A stretch of DNA of 64,000 bases, from contig NMRA01000333.1 of assembly GCA_002633005.1 (NCBI GenBank), positions 405,126-469,125 on the forward strand, written 5' to 3'. The stretch comes from Phoronis australis (taxonomy: Eukaryota > Animalia > Phoronida). The notes beneath the pieces were generated by a model. It ran no database searches and had not been told where the DNA came from. It saw only the letters and a list, made by a program, of their open reading frames with translations. Position numbers and translations under genes: made by a program. Of the stretch, positions 25,622 to 39,000 are shown in pieces. Within the stretch, counting starts at the first letter, position 1, and each line of letters opens with the position of its first letter.

Positions 25622-27200
25622 TGGCGTAGTTGGCAGGGTATAAAAAGATGGGTGAGTTGGTTGGCATTATTTCGTTATTACAACAACAAATCAACCAACA
25701 ACAACAGAATCATCAGCGTTTTGCTGAGATGATCACTAGTAGGCTGATGCACCAACCAACGACATCTACGCCAACTTTTGGTGCGTTCAACAGTTCAGTA
25801 GAACTCTGGAAGGATTATTGGTCTAGATTCCAAACATTTGCAGGGGCACACTCCATACCTATGGAAAATTTTTCACAAACTTTTTTGACGAATCAGACGT
25901 CTACAGTTCATAAGTTGCTTGCAACTTTGGCAGGGCAGCAGACACCTACCAAGGATATCAATCGACAATCAATGAAATTACAACATCTATGGAGAATCAA
26001 TTCGATTCGAAGTATTTTGTAGTTCGGGAGCGATTCAAATTTTGGTCAAACACAAGAAGACAGCCAGGTGAGACAATACAGGAGCTAGCAGCTAGTATTC
26101 GACAAGACGCTGCAAAATGCGATTTTCCAACAACAAAGGATCCTCAGGATGAAGCTATGAGAATTAGATTTATTTGTTGAATTAATAATGAGGCGGTCCT
26201 AAAAGCCCTTTTCAAAATAAAAGATGACGATTATCTTTTAAGAAAGACATAGAAATAGCAACAGAAATTGAAAAGGCGTCCAAAGTTGTAAAAGAAACGG
26301 TTAACAGAGATCTAGTGCTTAAGTTACAAAAGAAAGGAGGGAAGAAAGCAGGCAGGGCAAATCACAGAAGTTTAGGGATTTTCCAAAGGGAACATGTCCC
26401 CGTTGTGGAAAAAAGACCACGCGCTAATGGATTGTCATTTTAAAGAGACTGAATGCCGTTTTTGTCACAAAACAGGTCATGATATAGAGGCTGTATGTCT
26501 AAGCAAAAGAAAGGCTAGGGAAAAAGTAAACAGTATTTTAGCAAGGCCAGAACAGAAAGTTTCACATTTTGGATCAAGATCCAATTCAAATTGTTGTTCA
26601 GATATGCAGCAAAACAAAGACATTTGAGGTAGATACTGGATCACCGGACAATTTCATTTCGGAGAAGGTTTGGTTTAAACTTGGAAAACCTGTTTTATCT
26701 CCAACCAATATTTTGCAAACCTCGCACAGTACCTTTTGCATTACTCGATGACTTGAATCTGGCATAGGATGCTGGTATTAAACGTGGAATTTGGGAACCT
26801 ACATAATTCAACGAGTATGGAACACCAGTTGCCTCTATAAGAAAAGCACCACTTCCTGGCCAAAGTAAACAGAAATTATGCAGAGATTACTCAGTAACGA
26901 GAAATCCTCAGCTTGAAACTCATCGTCATCCGCTACCCCTGCCTGAACATCTTATGCAAAAACTCAGCGGCGGCTTTTATTTCACAAAAATGTGGTATCT
27001 CCAGGATCTGTATCTTCTTCAGAGCAATACCTTGGTCTCAACTGATCGATATGACGATGCCAGATTGGACCACTTGGCATGACTTTCACTTTAACAGAAC
27101 GTGGACCCATAACATGCGCGATTTCACGCGACTTCCTCAAAATGACATCCGGTAAGAGAAACTCCAGCAAACTGCGACAGATTTTCATCGATTTGTTCAA
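25622..27200 (+). mobile_element. Degenerate Ty3/Gypsy (Mag-like) LTR retrotransposon
   Basis: PBS tggcgtagttggcagg (tRNA-Ser-like) at 25622; gag (W.DY..RF, ERFKFW..RQPGETI.E), two CCHC knuckles (CPRCGKKDH..C; CRFCHKTGH..C), protease FEVDTGS, RT start (DYSVT..PQL...HPLPLPEHL..KLSGG.YFTK); integrase tail HRHIDQLRPR on the minus strand. Confidence 0.88.
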
Positions 27201-28581
27201 ATTATCTTGACTAATCGTCTCCAGACTTATGTTATGTGTTAATTATAACTCCATGTGCATACATGCATGTTTCATTTGATTTTATTTGATGTATTTTGAA
27301 ATTCGTAACTTTTTGTGGGGATGTACTATCGCCCCGGTATGCCTGTGACTCCAGGGCGATGCAATTGCCTACGGACGCCATTGCCGTGGCTGTGCCTGAC
27401 TCTGACTCTGAGCCACTGACACTGACACAGTGTCTGTGGCGCTCTGTAAGCCTTACGATCGAAGAAATCATACCCAGACGACATTTCAATACAGTTTGAC
27501 CACGAGGGCTACACGTTCACTAATTCTGCAAACTGTAGCGTGTCACTTTTCAATATTCTAACACTAACAGACCTGTCGGTCTTCTCGATATTGGAGGACT
27601 TTCCAGTGACGCGTTCACGGAAGGGCGCGGACATTTTATATTGTGCATTGTGGGTATTTAGATTTGCAATTAATATTTTTTTGAATATAGAATATTTGTC
27701 ACTTTCAACACGCCTATTTTTGTGAAATTTTATATAATTGTTTTCAAAATCTCAATGTCATTCTTAAAATATGGATTCGGTTTATTAACTGGTTTTCTCG
27801 TGAGTTAAAATGGAAGGTTGATTGCTTGCAGAGAAATTTCCCCATCTTCAAAACAAACTTGATAAAGTGCGCGAAATAAGCTGAATTATTGTATGTTGAA
27901 GAATTTCGTATGAGTTCACACAAAGACTATTCAGCGGAGCGGGGAGCATCAGCTGCAAGGTAGCGAAAACGCGATATGCTAGAAACGTCCTCTCACTCTC
28001 CTGCCTCTGCTTTCGATTCAGATTGAAATCAGTCGTGTTTAGGTGTCACAGTCTGATGACGATGTTTTCACAATGTGCTTCTTTCCCACACAGTGTAAAC
28101 TTATACCAAAAATTATGACTGCGTTTTGAAATGTGAAAGTCCTATTTCTAGTAGAATTTCATAAGAACTCCTCTGCTTAGTTGGAGTAGTCTGATGTTAG
28201 TCCAAAGCCAAAGGTGTGCTGTTTCTCAGTAGATGATTCTTTTGTACATGGCTGACTGGATGCGAAAAATAATCTTTTAAACTGTGTTTGCACTTGTGCG
28301 CTTTGTTCTTAACTCATACCATAAGCATTCGCTATGATAGAAAACTAATTGAAAGTGAATAACTGTAAATGTTAACAATATGACGCACATGATTTTGGTA
28401 TTATTGATCACTCGCATTTTTGTCATTACAAGAATACACAAAAATGTCTCTTACCTGTTCCCTTAGTATTTCATCAACAATTTTCTGCTCGCTCTGTTTC
28501 CCGGTCAGTGATATCTCTGTGTTGAATGGAAGGAGTCGTCTGGGGGCCAAAAACTGAACTAATCTACTGACACCCATATTC

Positions 28582-28703
28582 GGTACTGGTCGGATGTAGT
28601 GGTCCCTGATTTTGAGAAACAGGCAATCACTAAATAACGGGGCTGTTATTCAGTGGATGAAACTGGTTCTCAAAATCGGGGACTGCTTTATCCGACCAGT
28701 GCC
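28582..28703. mobile_element. ~120-bp palindromic MITE
   Basis: ggtactggtcggat..ccctgattttgagaa / ttctcaaaatcgggg..atccgaccagtgcc. Confidence 0.7.
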
Positions 28704-29689
28704 CCCATAATCTTCTGAACATCGCTCTTCATAGGTTCAAATGGACCGAGACCCATCGACCCTGGGCCCGATCTACGGTCTCAAGATTTTAAATTCCTAT
28801 GGTGACCGTGTTAGGTACGCATCGGCTAACAAGAATCCACAAAAAAATGGTTGTTTTTGAGGTCGAAAGTTGTGAATAGGATATCACTTTAGAGAATTTT
28901 TGGGAAAAGGGGTTAAATAATCACAATTCTAAAAATTTATGGAAAAGGGTGAAATGTTCCTTTTTGCTCCATGCCACTCAGGAAAACTTTAGGGGAATCC
29001 TGCGAGCAAACAACATTCAGAATTGATGATGCTGTTTCATTTATTAGTAACAGGCGTCGCTGTAATATTGAGTTGGGCAAACATAGCGTTGTCAAATAGA
29101 AAATTGTGCGAACAGACATTTCATTATAAAATAGTAAAGAAACTTGGTAGAACAATAAGCTAAATCAAACGATAACAAAACCGTGTGTATTTAGGCAATG
29201 TCATCATATTGTAAATAATTACCTGAGCAACATCATTGTTGTTCGCAAATTAGGACTCATTAACTTACAAAAACTTGTGTCTTGTAGGATGATGCATTGA
29301 AGCTAACTTTACCGTTCGCCAAAAATCTCAAATCGTGCAGCCATTGTCTTGATTCGTCTTGTTATGGTTTCTGGACGAATCAGTGAGCTTTGTTAAATCC
29401 CTATTTGGAATTTCATGTTAATGTTTAATGGCTCAGGTCTGCCTTATTAGTGGACCTCCAGACCAGTTTGGTGCTCAGTTATCTTGGCCCACGCAGGCTA
29501 CTAGCAAGTGCTGTTTGGTCGAATGGATTAAGATTCCTGACTTTGGCACCAAAAGTTGTAGGTTTGATGAGAGGTTTTTCAAATTGTTTATGTTGCCTAT
29601 GGGCAATTCCATGAAAAGGTCAACCTAGAGACAAATAAATAAAATTGTCACTAGATTCACATTTCGGGTGTTACTGAAAGCCCAGTCGC

Positions 29690-32347
29690 TCCAGTTTTAG
29701 GGTTCATTTATGTTTGAATTTCCTAATAGCTTTCGATTTTCTTCCTAAACAGACCCATTTTTGGAGGTCACTTGACCCAATTTTTATGTGTCTCGCTAAT
29801 TATTGTCATAAATAAGCTAATTATGTGTATTTTGCTATATTATCAAATTTGTGCAATCACATGAAACCTAAACTTTCTAAAAAATATTGACCAGTTGCAC
29901 ATCGTCAACATCTTGGGGTCAAAGGCCAACTCCTGGATATCATGATATACATCCGTCACAAAAACGCTAAAACGTTTCATCGCGTCAAAAGTTTTCAATG
30001 AAAATTATTACAGATTCTCTTTTACCTCGTTTCCCAATATTATTGACCAAAATTTTATATCCCATGGATTATCCATTAAGTCAGAAATTGCGTGGCAGAT
30101 GTAAAATTTGTAGATACGTCCATCACACCCATGAAATTACAATTTTTCAGCCAATAAAAGTATTAACCTTAAGTCTTATTTTAATTTCCAAACTTGCAGG
30201 AGATGGAATTTGTCTCCCACCTAAGAATCTAAAACAATTGAATATTACAAAGACGGCCATTAAATCAAGTACAGAAGTTTCTCCGGATTTAAACTGGAGT
30301 TTTTGGACTTTTTCACTTTCAAAAGTATTTGCTGAGAAGTTGTACTTTACGGTGTCATTTAGTTTTTGTTAGAATTCAACTTGTTAAAATTGGACAGATT
30401 GACAACATCATATAATGTAAAAAAATGCTAATTTAATGAACTTGTGAAAACTGCTGAAGCAAAAAGTATTCTTATTAAAGATTTCCATGGGTGGTCTAGA
30501 GTTTAAATAATAAGAGACCTAAAGGAATCCATGTCATGGTGCTGTTCAGTAATAAGAGACTTAAAGGAATCCATGTCATGGTGCTGTTCAATAATAAGAG
30601 ACTTTAAAAAGGAATCCATGTCATGGTGCTGTTCAGTACTGTAATAAGAGACCTAAAGCGATCCATGTCAAGATGTTGTTCTGCTGGAATCATCATGTTG
30701 TGCTCTAACTCGCTATGCTGTTTTTTGTTGAGAAACCCGATGCTGGGCATTTTAAGTGGTAGCAACCTGTGACCTACTTTATAAAGCATTTTTGTTACAC
30801 CTTCTCTACGTGGAGTCACTCTTCTGTTTTTCAGTATATTGGGTGGCTTGTATGAAATGATTGTATAGCAAATGATTACATTGTCTCTTTTTACATATTT
30901 TTGGCAAAACAAGAACCTTGATTTCACAATCTTTACAAGAAAGATTCTGCTGAGCTTTGAGGGGATTGAACCAGAATTTAGAAATAAACGGAATTGTTGG
31001 AGACCAGAAGCAACTGGGAGAGGAACAAATATCTGTTGGAAAGTTCTCTGATGCTCGAAAAAATGTCATCATAGATCGAGGAATTCATAATTGTATCCAT
31101 GTGAACCGTGTTGTGGCCTTAATTTAATGCCTCATTTAAAATTGAAAAGAAGACAGCATATGAAACCTAAGTGAAAAGCTAATCAAGCTTATCACAAAGG
31201 ACCAACATTTGATATTTTTATTAGCTCCAAATATTTCTAAATCATAACCCTAAACTTAATGTGATTTAATGTCTGCCTTAACACAACACGACAGCACCGC
31301 TGTTTTTCATCAAAATTTGAATGGCCCAATACAATGCTGTCAACTAAACCATGCTGAACCAAATGTTTGCTTCATAGTTTGTTATAAGATGCTGAAGTCG
31401 TGTTACTAATACTTTTTAAACATCACCTTTCTTATCTACTTGGGCACGCATCAAAACTATCCGCGACACGACCCAGACAAGTCTGTACAAGCTTAGGGCA
31501 AGTCCTGCTATAGAAATAAATAATTAAAATGCATATTTATAATAATGATGATTAGTAATGTTTTAAATTTAATTTCATGTGTTATATTTAGGATAGCGAC
31601 ATTAACTTACTAGTTTCAAATTTGTAATTGAGCTATTTAACGCATTAAAAACAGTTTTCCGGATTACCAATAGATGTTGAATACAAAATTATTATCTTTC
31701 TCATTCCCACCAATACAGTTTACCATTTTCAAAGAGAGGTGAGGATTTTAGGAGGTTGTTTTATATCTTTAATCAAATGTGTTGAAAATTTGAAATCCTA
31801 GAGTACATTATCAGCATTGGCTTACCTGGGGTGATGATTTCGTGCAAAAGGTCAATCTGTATTTTGATTAAAAAAAAACATTGAATCAGTAGCAAAAGAC
31901 CAACATAGCCTAAATACTGAAGTATTCTGAATTTATATCTTGGCCACAACAAACAGTTTTAATTCTAGAAATTTGGAGTGCATGTACATCTGTCACACTA
32001 ACTCACCCTTACACAGAATTGTCTAACAGAAAAATTAGCATGTTGTACTCTACAAACATATCACTAAATCATCATATAAAACAAAAAACTGTAACTGTGC
32101 GACTCACAGAAAATTGATGTTAAATTTTTTTTCAAAAATTCAAATTCTCTGTGTATGTCCGTCACACCCACTTAATGTAAAAGCAATTTCCTCGGTCCGT
32201 TAAAAATACAGGAGAAAAGTTTACACATGCTTTGAAAGCTATCAATGAGACCTTACAAGTGATGTATTGATTGTTTTCCTAGGAAGAAAACTTTTCACAC
32301 TCGGTCAAAAAGTTCTGTGATTGTCTGTGTCTGTCTCATATTGCCCC
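29690..32347 (-). mobile_element. Large non-coding DNA-transposon-like element, copy A
   Basis: 30370-32347 is the diverged reverse complement of 37118-38835; recurring ccgtcaca motifs; ends ...atattgcccc; internal ~42-bp x4 repeat at 30505-30670. Left boundary approximate. Confidence 0.6.
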
Positions 32348-33008
32348 TATATATTCTTGGTTGAGCCAATAATCCAATTAGTGTCTCCCTGAGCCTAGCG
32401 TCCACACCATGGGACCAATTGGAAATTGCCCATTGGCAAGCGATTGAGGGTGGTCTTTATAGATAGACAACCAGAAGACAAAACTCGTCGTGTACTGCAG
32501 AACAGGCGCGCCTTCTGGCTTTAGGTCTAGTCTCGGCGATATTCTTCGTGCCCTGGAATTTGGCTGTCAGCAACATTCTCATTGTCCTGGAATTTGCACT
32601 TGGTGATGCTCTCCATGTTCTGCAGCCACTGCCCACCTCTTCATTTGCCTCTTGGAACTTTTACACAGGTCTCAAGGTTTTATTTGTCTCACATTAGTAG
32701 GGTGTTGTTTTTTTTCTAGGTTCAAGCTTAGTGTCCAAGTGGCTATATGTGGTCACTTTTTTGATTAAAGCAGAACAATTGTTATAAATGATGAAGATTT
32801 TTGCAGCCGCAGTACATGTTGCATAAAACTTGGTTAGTTGTTGTACTTATTACACTGATGCTTCCACGATGTATTTTGGAGTGAACTGCTGAATGTGTGG
32901 ACATAGTGTACCATGTGTCTTGTTTGGTATTGAAAATAGTTCTCTTACTGTTGCAGCCTTAGTCGACCGTCTACTGGAGCAGCAGAGGAAAACCCCAGCG
33001 CAGAAAAA

Positions 33009-36000
33009 ATGTAAGTTTTAAAACACTTTTTGATAAATAACGATCGTAATCACTCTTTAGCCAAATAGAACTAATTTCTGTTGTTCATAAGGTTTTGGTT
33101 TGGATTAGTTTGTTTACTTTATATTTTGATATAGCAACATGTGTCAACCTCTAACTTGGATTGTGGTGGCTATGGAGCACACCTATTGAGTGGCAATGGT
33201 TGGCTACTGAATAATATTGGTATGTAGTACATCTGTTGAGTGGCCATGGTTGGCTACTGAATAATATTGGTATGTAGTACACCTATTGAGTGGCCATGGT
33301 TGGCTACTGAATAATATTGGTATGTAGTACACCTATTGAGTGGCCATGGTTGGCTACTGAATAATATTGGTGATGGTCTACCATACTTTACTATAATGGG
33401 AGGCCTATTGCTTTGTCATAAACTTCGTGTATGTCTCTTTTTTTCGTGTGCACATTTTTATGCGACTGACATGGTGTTTACACTCAGCGTGTGTCTCATA
33501 AATGAGTCGTATTGGTTGAAATAGCACTGGAGATAGCACTGTTGCAGCCATTTTCTAGTTTTCCTTTTGCGGAGACATATCTAATGAGTTGAGTTATTCA
33601 AGATTTTTTATGATTTCTTTTACTGACTGATTCTTCGGTAGTGTATATGGTTGTGTTTCTGAATCATTTTTGTAGTTGTCATTCGTAATCATCATAATCA
33701 TCATCATAATCAGGGCTCAGCGTTATAAAAATTGCCAGGTCGCATTTTGCGACCTAGCCAAAATCCCAGGTCGCATTTTCAAAATCCAATTAGCATTCAT
33801 AAATGCTAGGTCGCTAAATTTTCTGCCATTTTTACACGCTAAAATTGATGTTTTTAGATCATCGAGAAAATGTTTAGATTATGCTGTTCCTGCAACATTA
33901 TATTCTCGCAAAAGTTGACCGCCATTGAAATGCTGTAGAGCGCAAGGCTAGATGCCGATGTGAAAGTTGAATCGGGGCTCTTTAACGGACTCGTGCATTC
34001 GAGTAGATAAGTTACCAATATGAAAAGAGAGAAAATACTTGTTGAAAAAGTATCCACTAAGTCTGACCTGCTTTAAGACTGATATCAAAGTTGTTAAAGA
34101 TCTAAACTAACTCTGAGTGCGAATGCCCTCTATTTTTTGTTCGCAGTCCAAACTTTGCAACTTCACTCGACGTTTGAAAAACATCCTGTCAAAAAACTCG
34201 TGAAGCGTTGACCGAGCCGAATGACATATTGGAATGCACGGGAAAAGTTCAGTGAAAATTTCACAAAATACGTCGCACTTTTATGCTGGTTACGTACTGA
34301 AACAATTACGGTAAAAATTCGGCAATTTTAAATATTTTGAGCCTGTCCTAAATTTTAGAAATACACAATATTGGCGGTCTTAAATTCAAGAAATAAGAGG
34401 AAGACCGGAAAATTGACTGTATCCAAAATCTTAGACTATGGGAACGAGTACCGACAACATTTTGATTTGTGGTTTTAGACAGTTTGAACATCTGCCCAAA
34501 TTCACACGATGTCCTCAAAAACGTGAACAGTGATGTTATTGACTCTGAACACAATCGACTTACCAAGCCTTGTGATAGGAATACCGGTATATTTATTTGA
34601 CTGATTATTCGCAATAACCATCGTTGCTCAACATCTTCACGTTAAACTGTTCGTACACCAAACAGACGACGCAGTTGCAGTATTTGTATCACTGCTTTGC
34701 TTCTGGGGCAGCGCGTGCTACATACTTATAAATCACCTGTCACTCAAACAGATCTTAACGAAACACCGTTCCCATCAACGAGATAGTAAATAAGGTCCTC
34801 GTGGTATGAGCTCGTTTACATATCCGGGAGTTCATTTGAAAATTTTAGAACTGTTGCTTTATGCGGGGGGTATAAACAAAAGTTTGGAATTGTTATTCCT
34901 AAACATGCAGTGGGCAGATCACAATTTAACTTCGGACTAAGCTCCCACGTAGTTCTAACCACAAAACACCACCACACACAAGTGACTGTTCAAGTAGCCG
35001 CTACAAGTACGTTAGCTTCTTCGACGCTAATTATGCTTTATTATAAATGCGGTTTGTCCCGTTAATCTAAGTCCTTGCAATCCTGGTACTGCTGTTACTT
35101 GTAATAAATTTTATGTGCCCTTGTAATAAATTTTATGTGCCCTTGTAATAAATTTTATGTGCCCTTGTAATAAATTTTATGTGCCCTATGTTCCCTCCGG
35201 CCCCATAGCAGTGCAGTCAGCTCGTCATAAATTCAATTTAGGTTTCATGCGCGTCTGCAGATTTAGATTTCCGCTACGGACTGAGGTTTCATTTTACAAC
35301 TCACACGACAAAGACTGGGTGCGTGTGCTGTGGGGCTACATCATGGTCGGACACATGCTTAGGAAGATTTCTTGACTCAGTCGACAGTTCATAGAAACTG
35401 GAGGTACCATAAGCTGTGTTTTGACAGGGAAAAGGAAACAAAGCCATCATGCGAAGGTGTTCCCGTGACGTTCCTTGTGTGAATTTTTTCTAACGAACCG
35501 TGACAGAGTAGCATAGAATTTATTGGCCACTCAAAAACTTTAGCAACTGTACGCTTATTGTTATTCTTATTTAGTTGTAATTGTTCAGTTTTTCTTATGC
35601 TAATATCTTTGTTGTGTCTCAGTGCGCCTTTGTTACGTGGGCATGCGGGCGTGACAGTATGTGTGGGGCACTTCTAGCGACAGGCTTAGGAGAAGGGTGT
35701 TTCCATCCTTTGCCTATGTGAAATTGATCGTTATCATGTGTAACTGAACTGAAACGTATGCCTGATAAGGTGAAATACACATTTTTGATGTTCAGTGGAG
35801 ACTTGCTCTGTTACACTACTTTGCTGAAAATTAGGCGATTAGTAGGGTTGTCATTTTCACAGTTGCAGTCTTATGCAATAAAAAACGAGACGCCGAGACG
35901 CACATTTCCACATAACAATCGTTGCTGCGGGATTGCTTGCGCGATAACAACAGAACCGACTAGTGTCACAGTGCAATATCAGGGGTATTGTCGTGGATAT

Positions 36001-39000
36001 TTGATAATAAGGGCATCGTACGTGAAAAATAAATATGTTTTTCCACCACAAAGTTTGGTAAGTAGTTCGTTTAAGAATTAGTAGAAACACTGCTGTTATG
36101 CCATGGTCAGGCGCATTCGGAAATTTAATGAAAGAAGCCGAAAATGTTAGCGGCAATGAAATGCATCAAAGATCGATTGTGCATTATTCCATGTTCACGT
36201 GACATGTTGACATGTCATCTAGAGGGCTGTTCTCGGTTAGGGTACTTTTGAAATCGATTTGGCAGCCGACAACCAAATAACGTCATATTCACACGAATTG
36301 CTTTATATTTGTCAGGTATCTGCCGAGAAGAGTGAACAAACTCAGCTCGCATGCGTTTCAAATTCCAGGTCACATTTTACCACTTGATACAAGATGGCAA
36401 AAATCTCAGCTCGCATTTACAAATTTGCGACCTGCAGCTCGTTATGTCGAGCCCTGATAATCATCATGTTTCATTTAATTTTCCCAATTTTAGTGTACAA
36501 ATCTGTATTTCATGTAGTCATTTTTGCCATTTTTGTTTAGTGTGCAGGGATATACTTAGCCACTCTCCCAGTCGCCAATGCAAGTAAAAATGGTGCTGGG
36601 CGAGCAGAAGATGACTTGCCGGTCACCCACGTGGCGAGCGAATTTTCAGAGCGCAAAAGCACAATATCGTTTCCCAGATGAACATGAATAAGTTTCCTCC
36701 TCGTGCTGTTTTTAGCATGAATTTAAGGTTCAGTTTGGTCAGCGTGTCGATGCTCTGGCAGTAAAAAACATTGGCGCTGTGCGATCCCAGCGATTCAGTA
36801 GATGTCACCCATTGTGCGATTCGTTTAGACACAAGATCACAGTGTGTAGTCGTGCACAAGAGAATTTAGTGGACTAGTCTGAAACGAAGAAAAGGGGGGG
36901 AAAGGTGGAAGACTAGTCCATGTATTCACAGCAAGTGAAATATCCTATTTCTTGGAACTGATTTCTTATTGTCCTAATAAGTGCCCATACCCGTATAAAC
37001 GCCCCCCACTCGTTTTCAGACTTTGCTAAAATAAATGCACAGTCCATGAACGTGTACATATGTGAAAAATGCCTTACCTATTCTAAAATTATATAGTTAT
37101 GTCTTCAATTTATTAGTAGGCAATTCAATTTGTGACGGATGCACAATCACAGAACATTTTGATCAATTGCTAAAAAAATGTTCATGCTAAGAAAATAATT
37201 AATACATCACTTGATAGGTCTCACCGATAGCTTTCAAAGCATGTATAAACTTTTCCCCTATCTTTTAATCTGACTGAGAAAATTGCCTTTAAAGGGGTGT
37301 GACGGACGTACGCAGAGAATTTGAATTTTAAAAAAAAAAAATTAACGTGAATTTTCTGTGAGTTGCATTAAGTTACTATTTTTTGTTTTATATGATGATA
37401 TAGTAGAATGTTTGCAAGGTACAACACACTAATTTTTTGGTCATATCTTTTGAGAAATTTTTGTCAGACAGATCGATAGAAGTTGAGTTTGTGTGACGGA
37501 CATACGTGTTGGATGTACCGTCTGAATTTCTAGTATTAAATTGTTTGTTGTGACTAAGATATCAACTTAAAATGATTCAAGCTTTTGCAGTATTTAAGCT
37601 ACATTGGTCTTTTGTTACTAATTCCATGTTTTTTAATTAAAATGTACCGACTGACCTTTCATACGTAATCATCACAGGTAGGCCTATACTAGGAATATAC
37701 TGTAGGATTTTAACTTTTCAATACATTTGATTAAAGATATAAAACAACCCCTAAAATCTTCACTTCCCTTTGAAGATGGTAAGCCATATAGATGCAAATG
37801 AGAGTGATAATCATTTTGTATTTGACAACTACTAGTTACCAGGAAAACCTGTTTTTATGTGTTAAATAGAATACTAATTCAAAACCAATAAATAAATGTG
37901 AATGTCAAAATATAAAATCTGAAATAAAATTTTAAAACATTACTAACCACTGTCATAAAAACACATTTTAATTAATTGTTTTTTTTTTAATTAGAGCTTG
38001 CCCTAAGCTTGCATAAAATTATTCTCTGGACCATGTCGTTGGTGGTTCTGATGAATGCCATGTAAGTAATAATCATGGGTTTTTAAAAAGTAACGGGACT
38101 TTAGTATCTTCTTAAAACAAAGTGTGAAGCATGGTTTAGACAACATCGACTTTTGGCATTCATATTCAAATCACCTGTGCTGTCTGTGAAAGTAAGACAT
38201 TTTTTAATTAATTGAACATTCGGACAGGTATTCATTCTTCTCCCAGTTGCATCTGTTCTTTCGGTGGTCTCCAACAATTTCCTCTATCATTTCTAAACGC
38301 CAATTTAATCTCCTGGAAGCTCAGCAGAAAGAAAATTAGTCTAATTCTTAAAAAGATTGAGGAATCAAAAATACGTAAGATGAAACAATATAATCATTTA
38401 CTTTGAATCATTTCATACAAGCCACCCAATGACCCAATACACTGAAAAACACAAAAGGGTGAATACAATTAGTGAGGCTGTGACAAAAATGCCCAATAAA
38501 GTAGGTGAAAGGTTCCTACCACTTAAAAATGCCCAGTATAGGCTTCTTCAACATCCAACATATCATAGCAGGTCAGAGCAGAAATAACATGTTGATTCCA
38601 GCACAGTAGCAACTTGACATGTATTCCTTTAGGTCTCTTGTTATTTATACTCTAGAGCACCTTAGGAATTCTTTTGTATGAAGATTTTTGCATCTTGAAT
38701 TTCCCAAAAGCTAAGCATTTCTTTACAAACATGAGGCAACAACCGATAAACAATAAGTTCATTAAATTAGCATTTTGTTTTATTTACATTTTATAATGCG
38801 GGCCTATTGTCTGACTTTAATAAGTGGAATTTCTAGACCTCGAGCGTCGCCGCTATGTCGGTATTTAGCCTTGGCTGTACACTTCAAACTTCCGCAGTGC
38901 TTCTAAAAGAGTGCAAAAGTTTCGCTGATCCTGCGAGGAACGTGTCCCACTATGGTCAGACCTTTCAGAATAGACTCAGCGTACTTGTCAACTGATTGTC

